This document shows positions 25,876 to 38,394 of a stretch of 64,000 bases of DNA, piece by piece. Location: NCBI GenBank assembly GCA_963514005.1, contig OY740798.1, positions 11,098,001 through 11,162,000 of the forward strand, written 5' to 3'. The stretch's first letter is position 1. Each line of letters starts with the position of its first letter. The notes below the pieces were generated by a model. That model worked only from the letters and a program-made list of their open reading frames with translations, had not been told where the DNA came from and did no database searches. Position numbers and translations under genes: made by a program. The DNA comes from Raja brachyura (lineage: Eukaryota).

Positions 25876-26509
25876 TAATCAATTGAGTATTCAGATCCTG
25901 TAATTATGATTCCCCAAGATCTGGAAAGTGCAGTGATTATAATGAGAGAACATGGTAAAATGTTATCTGCTTTTGCGGCCCATTTGTCCACAGACCCCCC
26001 GAGGGCATCGTAAGAAAAGAAATATGTACATGGAATTGTAGCCTTAATTGGGTCAGGGCTAATGGGAAACATTCCGTTGAAGCTAGAATTTTCTCAGTGT
26101 GTTAAACCAGGGACAGATGAGTTGTCCTTAATGGGGAAGCTGTCTGATAAGGGAGACAATCTGTTTCTATCAAGGTAGTTAGGACTGGGTCACAATGTGA
26201 ACACACTATCAAATCATCTACAGTGCCGCAATATTAAATGGGGAATTATCTCTGAAATCCCATGCGATTTATGGTGCGAGGGTTGTAAATTTCACTGCGT
26301 TACTTACAATGCGTCGGAGAAACTGTATTCATTCCCCCCTCCACGGTTCAAAAGACAAACCCGGTGAGCTCACCATGTTAGGAAGGGATAGAGTTGACCC
26401 GCTGAGCTTTGTCAAATCAAGATAGCGTTTGGTGAGGAGAATGGTCCCGGCTACTTGGTGGCTATGATTACATTTGCAAAAGTCCAGTTCGGCAACACAT
26501 TTTCAATGG

Positions 26510-26705
26510 TTAGAGCAAAACGCAACGTACTGGAGGAACTCAGCGTGTCAGGCAGATCTGCGGAGGGAATTGTCAGGCGACATTTCGGGTCTGAAGAGGG
26601 GCTCCCAACCCGAAACATCATCAGCCCATTCTCTTCACAGATGTTGCCTGACCCGCTGGGTTCTTCCAGCACTTTGTGTTTTGCTAAAGATTCCAGCATC
26701 TGCAA
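26510..26705. mobile_element. Palindromic head-to-head Penelope-like repeat pair with a central hammerhead motif (26588-26622, +)
   Basis: 26513-26590 is an imperfect reverse complement of about 26608-26688. Confidence 0.8.
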
Positions 26706-26759
26706 CTAAATGTATCTTTAGTGGCTAGAGGTCGCCTACATTTCCACGCAGATATACGG

Positions 26760-27010
26760 AAAAAAAAATTCACCCAGAGAGTTGTGAATTTGTGGAATTC
26801 TGTGCCTCAGAAGGCAGTGGAGGCGGATCAATTGGATGCATTCAAAAGAGAGTTAGATTGAGGTCTTATGGCTAGGGAAATCAAGAGGTATGGGGAGAAG
26901 GCAGCAACGGGGTGCAGATTGAGGATGAACAACCATGATCTCATTGAATGGCGGTGCTGGCTCGAAGGGCCGAACGGCCGACTCTTGGACCTATTTTCTA
27001 TCTTTCTATG
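26760..27010 (+). mobile_element. CR1-type LINE 3' fragment
   Basis: Same family as 25000-25230. Confidence 0.85.
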
Positions 27011-27098
27011 TAAGGAGAGAGGGAAAGCAATCTCCAGCAGATCTTTGGAAGTAGTGGGAGAACTGGATCACGAACGGGGAGGAGAGAAGGGTTAGGGT

Positions 27099-27131
<33 letters not shown>

Positions 27132-27284
27132 GGGATGGGGGTGATTAAGTTTTAAATTCAGACGAGGGGGCTAGCAAAAAAGTAAAAAAAATCCCATTAG
27201 CCCTGACCCAAAAATAACTCTCCCTGAAAATTATTAAATTCCGCGTTTGCGGGTCAATTGAAACTGACCAAACCGCGGTTGATA

Positions 27285-27380
27285 GATCTGAAGAAGGGTC
27301 GTGACCCGAAACATCACCCATCCTTTTTCTCCGGGGATGTTGCCTGACCCGCCGAGTTACTCCAGTACTTTGTGTCTCTC
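27285..27380 (+). mobile_element. Penelope-like terminal repeat with hammerhead motif (27285-27318)
   Basis: GAT-CTGAAGA-A-GGGTC(GT)GACCC-GAAA-CA-TC-ACC followed by the repeat body. Confidence 0.75.
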
Positions 27381-27715
27381 TTTGGTCAGATGACTGTAGC
27401 GTAAAGTAATTGAGATTTTTTTTTTTAACCGAAGCAGGTAAATTTAGTTTAAAAACAGACCAGTTATTGTCCAAATCTTCCGATGAATGGGAGTTGTGAA
27501 GAGTCTGTAAGTGAGAAACTGCCGAAGGATTGGGTGGGGAATGGTAATAGTAACATCATAAGAAGCATAAACTGGACTAGGACATGGACTGGGCCTCTCT
27601 TCCCACTGTTCAGTGTGCTAAATAAAATGCGTGCATTGGATAATAAGAGCTTAATGAGGTGGCTATGGCGCAGAATGTATCATAATTCTAGCGTGTTCTC
27701 TTCTTCCATTTGCAG

Positions 27716-27831
27716 TGTCCTCTTTTGCCCCGGGCGCAATGCTGGGCCGGGCAGACACGTCTCTTACTAACACTTACAGCGCGCTGCCACCAATGCCCAC
27801 TTTCAGCATGGCAAACAACCTGTCTATGCAA
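27716..27831 (+). CDS. pax6: Pax6 exon 11, PST domain (116 nt)
   Basis: tgcag|TGTCC...ATGCAA|gtaagt; encodes [39 protein letters not shown]. Confidence 0.96.
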
Positions 27832-27930
27832 GTAAGTATGGACCAGAGCAAACAGAGTCAAGAGCCATTCAATGCTTTCTCTACGGCATGCACAAACGGA
27901 TCTTGTGTTTTCCATTTATTTTTCGACAAG

Positions 27931-28081
27931 TCGCCAGTATCCAGCCAAACGCCGTCATATTCCTGTATGCTGCCCACCAGCCCGACAGTCAATGGACGCA
28001 GCTATGACACGTATACGCCGCCTCACATGCAGTCACATATGAATCCTCAGACCATGGGCTCTTCCGGCGCCACATCCACAG
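27931..28081 (+). CDS. pax6: Pax6 exon 12, PST domain (151 nt)
   Basis: gacaag|TCGCCA...CCACAG|gtgaga; encodes [50 protein letters not shown]. Confidence 0.95.
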
Positions 28082-28204
28082 GTGAGAACCATCGGAAAGC
28101 CTTCAGCAACACTGGCCCAGATATATACGAGTTAATTGTCTATGAAATTGCGCTTTTTTGCCTCTCCGTTTCTCAATTAACCCATCTCTGCACAATTTTA
28201 ACAA

Positions 28205-28630
28205 CATGGAACTGTAGATGCTGGTTTATACCAAAGATAGACACAAAATTGTGTAACAGACTGGTTGTAATAAGGGGGAGTAAGTTGGAAAAAGGACAGA
28301 GGCGGGGCAAAATCTGGCAAGTGATAGGTGGATACAGGTTGATTGGTAGATGAATGGTCAAAAGGTCGAGATTAAGAGGAAACAACAAGGTGTCAGAAAA
28401 GAGGAATGATATGTAAAGCTTGAGGGTGGGTGGGGGATAGGTTGGAGGGTACCTGATATTGGGGGGGGGGGGGGGATAAGTGGGGAAAGTAAGGCAAAAA
28501 TGGGATGAGGGTGACACGGGAAAGAGAGTGGGGAGAACGGGCGTTACTAAAAATTGGAAAAGTCAATGTTCATACCTTTGGGTGATAGGCTACTCCAGCG
28601 GAAAATGAGGAGTGCTGTTTCTCCCGGGGA
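28205..28630 (-). mobile_element. Penelope-like element 3' fragment (GIY-YIG C-terminus and 3' region) in intron 12
   Basis: Minus-strand translation LIFRWSSLSPKGMNIDFSNF, plus the repeat end ggaactgtagatgctggttt. Confidence 0.75.
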
Positions 28631-29178
28631 GGCTTTGCTTGGCGCGGTTAGATACGAGTTAACCGGTTATCTAAAATAGGAGTACCACAGCAGTTTTATT
28701 TAGGAGGAAAGTGTTTGGCCAGTGTACACAATGTCCTTCAGTAATATTAAAGGTAAAAGGGAGGGAATAGAAGGGCTCGCAGGAGCAAACGCCGAGTAAA
28801 TGGATAGGTCAAAATAAAGGCCCGGTTTAATTGAGACGCTGTTACTTAAAATAGCAGCAACCCTCTTGCACAAGTGCAGCAAACATTATTATATTTAACC
28901 TCCCCCCGAGGGACGGTGCAGTCAAGTCAGATAATAAACAAGTTATGTTTTTTTTTAAGTGAATTATTTGGGGAATTAGGACGCGCCGATAATAAATAAA
29001 TACTTCTGTTTTTCTGATGATTTTGTTTTGTGGCGTTTCAATATTATCCCGTTGCACAACACCCTTGTTATTGTAAAATTGGAAGAAAAAAACCCCACAA
29101 TCGCGTGCAGAATAAAAGGCGTAAATTAAGAGGTGGGAGGTTTAATTTTTGTTGTTGTTATTGTTGTTAATGTTGTAG

Positions 29179-29307
<129 letters not shown>

Positions 29308-29899
29308 AGGGCAGGATGGATGGACAGAGACTATGGAGAGTCGGACCCCCAGCAGTATTTGTTTTCCAAGAAGTGACTCTGAAGGTATCTTTGTTCTGGG
29401 ACTGCGACCAATACACTCAACTTTGAGAAGACTCACGTCGACGTCTTGTACCAGACGTGTGAAGTCGATGGAACAAACGTCTCATTGTCCCCCCGGCTCC
29501 CGAAATTCTTCTCTCTGTGTATTATTTGTAAATGGACATTTCTGTATGTTTAAAACAAGAACAACGTGACTCGATGGACCTATGGTATACGTAGCTCATG
29601 GGATAATTACCAGACGCCATGGACAACATAGCAGTCAACAATTAGACCGCCATCGAGTGCTTTTACCATGACGTTTCTAGATTTATGGACTTCGATGTTA
29701 CCAACTCGTACCATTGCATTACACTAAATATTGGTCGATTTTATTTTGGGGATGGGAGGGAGGGAGGGGAGGGATGGGGCGGGGGAAGGGAAGCCAACTT
29801 TAGTTGTGTATAAGCGAACTCTATCTGTTTGGGTTTTCCCAAGGTCGTCGACAGATAAGTTTATGTTCAAAGGTAACAGAACTTCAAGGAAGTGGACAA

Positions 29900-30020
29900 T
29901 TTGGTAGATAAAGGTAGATTGTGTCTTCGATATAATCCATTTGTTATGTCGAAATGTAAGTATGTGTCTTCCCTAGAAATCTCCCAGAATGATTTCTATA
30001 ATAAAGTTAATTTCGTTTAT
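29900..30020 (+). terminator. pax6: Conserved Pax6 3'UTR block with polyadenylation signal AATAAA (30000-30005) and miR-7 seed match (29966-29972)
   Basis: TGTCTTCGATATAATCC..TGTCTTCCCTAGAAAT..GAATGATTTCTATAATAAAGTTAATTTC matches the recalled mammalian Pax6 3'UTR end. Confidence 0.75.
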
Positions 30021-31054
30021 ATTCACCCGAATACGCTAGAGATGATTTATATCCACCCACGCATCATTATAGTCAACAACTTTCTATTTTTCTTCGTTAA
30101 CACCGTGCAAGCTAGTTGTTCTGATATTTGTATATAGGTAGCTGTCACGTTCAAAGTTTATTTCGTGCAAGTGAAACGATGTTCCCGACAAAATTAAACT
30201 GGTTACCAAGAGATTTACAACATTAAGTGTTTCAGTTACGTCGGATTACATATCATAGCTTCGATCAAGAGACATCTGCAAACCGTACCAAAGCATTCAT
30301 TTCAGTTAACACCTGCCTCCTTGTTAAACGCAGTATTGTGTTGATTTTTTAAAAACATTTTAAATACATTCAGAGCGAGTGAATCGATCCCTTACTTTGG
30401 AAAGGCTATCCTTACTTGTTCAGCGATATTTTTTTATGGAAAGTAAAATAAATGCTATGTTAATGGAGTTATCAAGGAATTCATAAAACGATCAGACGTT
30501 GGACTTTTTAAATAATTCTTGGCTGAGTGAGTTCATAAATGTAACTGGTGGTATTCACATTGTAGACGCAGTACGCTTTTTAAAAAAGTTCTGGCTTAAA
30601 CACTGTAATTTTTTTGTTGTTCATACAGAATACAGCTACTAGCAGAAACAAAAAAAAAACCTGTAAAAATGTACATATTTTGTACAAGTATTAAAATGTC
30701 GATTGAAGGGTGACACCCCTAAATTATCAATTATGAATAATGTCGTTCTTTATGCAGTAGCTGGCGTCAGCTGTCCTTGTAGTCTGATCTCAATCCACTT
30801 GCTGTGGGATGGAACACGGGCAAGGTACTTAACTGGATGAAATTAGGCGAAGTGAGGAAGTTTCCTCTGCGGACTTTTCCATTAACCTGTAACCTATTAA
30901 TCAGAGGGCTGAATGGGAGGGAAGGAGGGAATAATCTAGCTTGAAACATTACAATACATTTAAACTAGGTCAATGTTTACAAGGAGGTAAACGAGTCAGG
31001 GGCTTTCTCTTCAAACAAGAGGAATATTTAAAAGTGACTTATAGACATGTGTCA

Positions 31055-31170
31055 ATAAGGCCCGAAGGACGGGCCCACCTGTCTATTCCCTCCACAGACG
31101 CTGCCCGAACCGCTCCTCCAGCACACTCTACTTTGCTCAAGATTCCAGCATCTGCCGTCCCTTGCGTCTT
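31055..31170 (+). mobile_element. Degenerate Penelope-like terminal repeat
   Basis: ttccctccacagacgctgcc..ctccagcac..gattccagcatctgc. Confidence 0.6.
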
Positions 31171-32969
31171 CGTGGTAAAGGGAATTCATCAAGGTCGAGG
31201 TTCAATGGAAAGGAATAGGTTCGAGAGGCTGAATGTCCTTCCCTTGTGCCTAATGGGGATTGGCGAGATGAATGTGCAGACTGTTTATCCCGGTAAGATG
31301 CATATTAAACATATTCGGCACTAGCTACCCAGCCAAATCATTAATTGTTACTGAAAATTATGGTGTAATTTGTCCATCGTGTTTTCATTGAAACAAACGT
31401 GTTTGAATCTTATAGAAATTTGCAGAACAACCCGGGATTCGGGCACTCGACCATCGCAGACCCATTGAAGTCCAACGACTCGACACCCTATCCACGGGAT
31501 GGTGAAGTGGCACCAACCCAGCACCAATTAATTCCAAGAAGTTCTCCCTTTCGCGGCCAATTGACTTAGGAACAAATTCGCCAATTCCCAACCTCAAGCA
31601 GTTAAAGAAGGTCAGATCTCTCGGCGTGAAACAAGTTTGCTCGAAACCTCCATTAGTCAAGAGTCGAGAGTGGTTTTAGTCAGTGTTGTTCAGATCTATT
31701 GATCTGGTGAATGGCAACCGAACTAAAAGTCCAAAAAGTCTAAGTAGGGTAACAATGGTGTAACTATGTCTCGATTGACCAACAAGAGCCTGGATCGCAC
31801 CCCTGATCTTCCTAATGTTATATAGAACACGAAGTTGCCATTCACTGTATTTCGGTGGACCTTACAATAATAAATCAATATTAATACTATTAATTGTTGT
31901 TTTTGGTTAAACACAAAATTTAAATTGTTGGTTATATACACTCTAAAACAATAGATGTAACACACTATGAGCATTTTATTGCCTGAAAGGCACCATGTTG
32001 AAACTACAAAAAATAATGGGAAATTCATTGAAGATTTTCAGCAGTCCAGGTGTCATTTAGGTAGAGGTTTCTTTTCCAAAGCGCAGCAACGCTTATGAGG
32101 TTTTTTTCTGCGTGGTCTACGTGTTTTTTACTCGGGTTTTATCTTTTCGTGAAATATGCTTTCTAATTCAACTGGTACGGAAGGGAGGTGATTATTAAAT
32201 GGAAACAAATGTATAATGTTATGTGTTACGGAATGTGCTGAACCGGGGGATCCGTCAACCATTGAAAAAAAACCCAACACAATTCCGCGGAAAGTGGAAA
32301 TGGAAATAAATATTCGATATTAAACAATGTTGAAAGTCCCGCCGGTAGCCAATGTTTGTGAATACTTGCGACAAACCTTTCACACAGTTCTTTGATTAAG
32401 CCTTGCTTTTTTTCCTGGCTGCAAACGTATGACTTGACTGGTTACAGCAATTTCAGTTTATAAATATCGATTGTATCCTCGAGTAAGATTTTAACTTTGA
32501 GTCTCTTTTGAGCAGGAATTTAAATATATTTAATATGAAGGCGCAGGTCTTTAAAATCCACCATTCCCGCTAAATACCAATAGAAACTTCACCATGAGCT
32601 CCACGAAGTTTTTCACTGCATCTCGGTACACGTGGCAATAATAAATCAACACCATATATATATATTTCGTTTTACATAACCTCCAGCTTTAATCCTGGTT
32701 TTGTTAGACTGAAAGAGTGAAGAAGTTTAAAATCCCGACCTAAGTCCACTAGTCCAGGCCGGGTGGGATTTATCGTTGCTGGAAGTCTTTGCTTGACAAA
32801 TTGGAACTTGAGTTATGGGTGGTAGTTTTGAACCCTGCCAATCTCGGGGCCTGACGAACACACTGTCCATGTCGCACAGAATGTTGTCTCATTGAGGGCC
32901 CCCCATGTGTTGGAGTGGGGCAGATAAATTAGATTGGTGAAATGTGATGTTTTGGGGGCGAGAAGAAAC

Positions 32970-33500
32970 TAGAGCGCCACAACTCAGGGGTAACTCAGCC
33001 AGTCTGGCATCATGGGTTACACAAAAAGCTGGAGAAACTCAGCGGGTGCAGCAGCATCTAAGGAGTGAAGGAGATAGGCGACGTTTCGGGTCGAGACCCT
33101 TCTTCATCTTTGGAGAACATGGATAGGTGATTATTCAGTCGGGATCCCTCTTCAGACTGGTTTTAGTGGTGGCCAGAAAGCCGAAAAAGAGGTGGGGGCG
33201 GGACAAAACCAGCAAATGATATGTGGATGCGAGTTAGAAGGCTCCATTAGCATGTGTAGGAAGGAATGCTGATTTACTGCGAAGATAGACACCAAATGCT
33301 GCAGTAACTCCGCGGGTCAGGCAGCATTTCTGGAGAAAAGGAATAGGTGTCGAGATCATTCTTCTGACATCAGCAGATAGGTAGACAAATGCCAGAGATG
33401 AAAAGGAGACAAAGGGCTGTAAGATACGGAAATATGTACGAATTGTGAGGCTAGAGGAAGGGATGCAGGTGGAGAGGGACAGGAGTATAGGGACGTGGGA
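32970..33500 (-). mobile_element. Cluster of tandem Penelope-like terminal repeats with degenerate hammerhead motifs (33075-33110, 33125-33158)
   Basis: Repeated gctggagaaactcagcggg..gcagcatc..ataggcgacgtttcgggtcgagacccttcttca. Confidence 0.8.
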
Positions 33501-34769
33501 AGGACCATTCTTCTCACAACGTGCAAAAGTCTACTCAAAAGATAGTCTACTCCAAAAGTGACAATTTTTAATGGGATTAAAATATGGAGCAGGATAAACC
33601 TTGAGCCTACCATAAGAACGTTGGCTGCCGGGATACAGACCGTTGCATCATCACTGTAGTTCAACTCGGGTGAACATGGAAGTTAGTTACGGTTCGTCGA
33701 ATATTTCCTGCAACAAGGTGCTGGATGTAGCGTGGTTATGTAAATATTCCAAAGCGATTTACAAGCAATTCGGTAGTTTTGAACTGTAGTTATAGACAAG
33801 GTGTCCATAAATAATAATGTGCTAATGACCAGAATAACAGCATTGCTTGAGAGATGTCCAACAATATTGGTCAGGGTAACATGTTTTTTTTGTGGGGGGG
33901 TAAGAAACTTTACATTTTATATTAATAAAAGTAAAGCGAGGAATGTGACCTACACCCACTCGCCTAATCTGAGTCGCGACTGCAACCAAAGTGCTGGGCG
34001 ATTTTTGAAATTAAAGCTAGATAATACAAGCACAGCTGGAGTGTCCAGAGCAACAGACAGATAAACAAGAGACAGATAGACAGGAAGAAAGTCAATTCCA
34101 AAAACGACCGACAATTTAGTACTCTCAGCATGCAATTCTTAAACTAGGCAGTCATTGAACCCGTTAGATGCTCTTTGAATAACAAAGCAACGAGTAGGCA
34201 CTCTCAGACTAAAATTACAATTAAACAAACAAAAGTGCGGACCATAAGGATTAACAGGGGGATAAAATTCAGAGGGGGGAGATTAAATTAGCAGTTTGCC
34301 GTGTCCTGCCTTAACAATCATTTTATGTCGGCAAGGCATTAACAAAAATTAATAAGGAAAGCTTGCTGTTTCTTTAAATTCACATGTTGACATATAATTC
34401 ATATGGAAATTAGAATTCTGAGTGGATTCCACTAAAATTATATAAATAACATTTGCTACAATTTCAAATTGAGACATTTCCATTGAACGCCCTTGGCTGA
34501 AATGCTTAGTAATTAAAGTTAAAAAAAAATCCATGTATCTATGGTACTTGGTTTAAGAATATATTTCCTTACTATATCATCGAGATGAAATATTAACACT
34601 ATTTTCACTATTTTCACTATTAACACTATTTTCTCTCCTCAGGTACTGCCTAACCTGCTGAGTATTTCCAGCATTTCTTATTCGAATTTTATCTTTTTAT
34701 CTATCTCGCTCTAGTTTCTTCTCGCCGACTACCTTTTCATTGCTAATACTGTATACAAGTATATAAAAT

Positions 34770-35105
34770 TATGGAGTCATAGATAGGGTAGATAGTCAGA
34801 ACCTTAGTCCCAGGGTGGAAATGTCAAAACCTAGAAAGTATAACTTTATGATGAGAGGGGAACATTTTAAGGAGATGTGCGGGGCACGTTGTTTACACAC
34901 AGGTTGGTGGGTGCCTGGAACACGCTGCCAGGAGTGATACGATAGTGGCATATAATGGGTTTTGAGACAGATACATGAATAGGCAGGGAATGGAGGGATA
35001 TGAATCATGTGCAGTGAGTGGAGATTAGTTTAACCTGATACCACATGCGGCACTGATATTGTGGGCAGAAGGGCCTGTCCTATGATGTACTGTTCTATGA
35101 TGTTT
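34770..35105 (+). mobile_element. CR1-type LINE 3' fragment
   Basis: gatagggtagatagtcagaacc..gggtggaaatgtcaaa..gtgggtgcctggaac..gtgggcagaagggcctgt. Confidence 0.8.
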
Positions 35106-35469
35106 CTGAATAGTAGCCAATAATTTGAAAGTTTGAATTACTCTTAGGTATAGTGTGTGAAAGCTTGGCTGGACTAAGTTAAAATGACATTTCAGAACAT
35201 CAATAAATGTGCACAGTGAGAGGGTGCAAGGAAGGGTTAAGTCAGGTACATACACAAAGACCATGGCAAGGTTCTGGGAGGGTTAGATCAAAGTGTAGTC
35301 TTAAATTGCAACAGAATTGATTGTTGAGGGAGATAGGTGGATTTGAGTGTGTGGACATTATTCAGTCATCATAGTTCATGGAGTAATGTAGACTGAGTCA
35401 GTGCTGAAGTTTTACACTAATCCCGCACTGATCTGACTTTATTCTCCCCAATTCCCATAACCGCCTCTC

Positions 35470-35850
35470 CAGATTCTACCATCCATCTACACATTATGGA
35501 CAATTTACAGCGGCCAATTATCCTACCAAACACCACCTTCTCGTCCTGAGGGGGAAACACAACCAGAAGAAACTCATGCAGTCACTGAGGGGACATAATC
35601 CGGACCACGGGTGCTGTCTGTGTGGAGTTTGCTCAACTTTCCTGTGACCACGTGGGCTTTCTCTGCGTGCTCTTGGTTCATCTGACATCACAAAGACGTG
35701 ATGGTTCGCAGCTTAATTGGCCTCTCTAAAATTGTCCTTAATGTGTAGGGAGTGGAAGGAGAAAGTGGGATAACATACAACTAGTATGAAGAATTCATCA
35801 AAGGTCAGCGTGGCCATGGTGGGCCGAAGCACCCGATTCCATGCTGCATC
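35470..35850. mobile_element. HE1/V-SINE fragments (minus about 35470-35590, plus about 35600-35850)
   Basis: V-domain-like tgtgtggagtttgc..cctgtgacc.cgtgggctttctc..aaagacgtg..ttaattggc. Confidence 0.75.
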
Positions 35851-36559
35851 TCACACAAAACAAAACTAAATGCAAGATTTTAAAGTCCAGTTGAATTGAG
35901 TGTGATATGCGTATGTACCATGAGGTTCAAGCACAATGAGAATGTTGTTAGCAGCATCAATCAATGCTCTATCGGACTTCTACAGGTGTATTGGTAGATA
36001 GCATACTGACTGGGTGTGTCATCGCCTGGTTCAGCAACTTGAACCCCCAGGAACAAACCAGACAATCAATCAATTGTAATGAATGAATTAAGAACTCAGG
36101 GTTATGAAGCTTGCAACAATAGTTCTTAAAAATAACCAAGAAAACATGCTGAATGACTTCAATTGTTTACCACTGAACTTTGGTTTAAAAAAAATCTATT
36201 TTCACTCCATTATCTGGGTTCATCACAAACTAATATTAAAATTCAATCTTGTAAGGTAACATTGTGTACTTGGCAGAGTTCAAGTTTGTGGTAATATACT
36301 TTGAGATGAGGCATGTAACCTTTATTTTTAATATCAATAGGTGCATCTTTCATGTAGAAGCAAGCTGGCTGGAGTATCAAAAGCTCAATCAGCTTTAGAT
36401 GTTCCAGTGTGCACATTCTGTCAAGGCATTTTTGTAATTCATTTTTCTGTTTGACAGCCTTTTTAATCTTCATCTTCCCAATGCTCTGCTTGTCCAGTGA
36501 ACAATGTGCAACCTGAGGTAGCAATCTCTGTTTTGTAATTTAAATCAAGCAATTTGAGC

Positions 36560-36810
36560 AATCAGTTTAGTTTATTGTCACGTGTACCGAGGTACAGTGA
36601 AAAGCTTTTGTTGTGTGCTATCCTGTCAGCAGACAGACAATACATGATTACAATCGAGCCATTTACAGCGTATAGATACATGATAAGGGAATGACGTCTA
36701 GTGCAATGTAAAGGCAGCAAAGCCCGACCAAGGATAGTCCGTGGGTCATCAACGAGGCAGATAGTGGTTTAGCACTGTTCTCTGGTCATGGTTGGATGAT
36801 TCAGTTGCAT
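36560..36810 (-). mobile_element. Non-LTR (Rex1/L2-like) 3' tail
   Basis: tttagtttattgtcacgtgtaccgaggtacagtgaaa; related tails at about 23515 and 52955. Confidence 0.55.
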
Positions 36811-37284
36811 GAATACAATCATACTGGTGTCAATCAAATTATGAATACAATTTGTCTAAAAAAACTTTGCAAGCCCTATGTTAAATTAATTGACATCAAC
36901 TCAACGTTGGTGATTATTTTTGTTTCAAGGGGAGAGTATAGGGGAGTGGGACTAGTTTACGATTCGACTAACAATGTGTCCAGACAGATACAGTGGGCCG
37001 AATGGCCCGACCACATGTGGTACATTTACATATGATTTAACTGTATGTGTGTTATGTGTTCAATCTTCAAATTTATCATATCCATACCATCTGTCTTTTC
37101 AATACTTACATTTCAATACTTACAGAAACTTTGAAGTATTTGATCATTCGAATAATAATTCTATGTTTTCATTGAAATTTCCCCACACATGTATCCAACA
37201 AAAAACAGCCATTCTATTTACCTTAGCTACAGATTCAATGCCACAGTTTTTAGGAAACATGAACAAAATATTTTATTTTATTTA

Positions 37285-37855
37285 AGCAAATCACAAAATG
37301 CTGGAGGAACTCAACGAGTCAGGTAGCGTCTGTGGAGTAAATGGACAGATGACATTTCAGGTCAGAATCCTTCCTCAGACTTTGTCCGTCAATAGTTTGT
37401 CCCCCTATGATGGAGATAATAGATCGAGAAAGGGAAGAGAGGTGTCAAAGTTAGTCCACATGAACTTAAGGGCAGGGTTGAAGTTAGCAGTAAAGTTGAT
37501 TAAATTAACAAATTCTGTTCAGGTGCAGGAAGCAGCCCCGATGCGGTCGTCGGTGTAGTGGAGAAAGAGTTGGGGAATCATGCCAGAGTAAATTTGGAAT
37601 AAGAACTGTTCAATGTCCTTGTTCCAAACGAACCCCAGCACTATTCTCCATCTCTTTATCCGCTACATCAATGACTGGATCGTGGCTACCTCCTTCAATT
37701 AGCTTGTTTCTCTTCCTTAATGTAGCAGTGCATATGGTACCCACACCCCCTTCTTTCAGTCTGAAGAAGAGTCCCAATCCAAAACATTATCCATTATTTT
37801 TCTCCAGACATGCCACCTGACCCGTTGAATTCCTCTAGCACGTTGTGTCTATCTA
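37285..37855. mobile_element. Penelope-like element remnant: RT fragment (minus) flanked by inverted terminal repeats
   Basis: Minus 37400-37575 translates PQLFLHYTDDRIGAASCT*..FNPALKFMWT..SLPFLDL (RT motifs). Plus about 37650-37695 translates LFIRYINDWI. Terminal repeats at 37285-37380 (-) and 37755-37855 (+). Confidence 0.8.
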
Positions 37856-38394
37856 TACTACCAAAAGTGAATTGGGAGGATTACATAACCTTTTCTAGGT
37901 TGTGATGCCTTTGGGTTAGTTTTGTAATGCTGAAACATTAATGATCCATAATTACAAAGAGCAATTTCTTAATTGTAGTTCTTTGAGAGACTTGTGCTCT
38001 TCTTCGAGTACTTGGTGATTTCATAATAAAATGCTCGCTTAGATTTTATATTAAAAATTATATTAAAAATCACCAGTTTAAAATCTCTCCAAATATTCAG
38101 AAACGTATAAAACAAATACATGAAATAAGCAATTCAAAACATTAAAACAGTAAAAATAAAACTTGCTAAAATATAATAGCAGTCATGAATTTACAATTGC
38201 CATTGCTTTCTTCTTTGACCCTAAATCATTGGGATCACGGATCCTTTATCAATTAAACCTAGGTCAGAATATGTATTAATTTCCCATCAAAATAAGTGGA
38301 GTTTAATGTTCGCTCTGGTGGATTCACAATGATGCACACCCGCAGCGTATCTGGACATATCTCGTGCCCATTACTGCCTAGCAGTTTCTCGAGT

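Noticed and set aside
27094-27142. Poly-G tracts (also 5561-5585, 6040-6066, 18113-18153) as functional G-quadruplexes
   Set aside because: Homopolymer runs are common in such genomes and unreliable in assemblies; there is no independent evidence of function.
27715-28353. 212-aa ORF as a separate gene
   Set aside because: It is exon 11, intron 11 and exon 12 plus read-through into intron 12 and PLE sequence.
31723-32028. Minus-strand ORF ending in LDF* as an ELP4 last exon or duplicate
   Set aside because: Only the last three residues match. The true exon with [17 protein letters not shown] is at 50648-50779.
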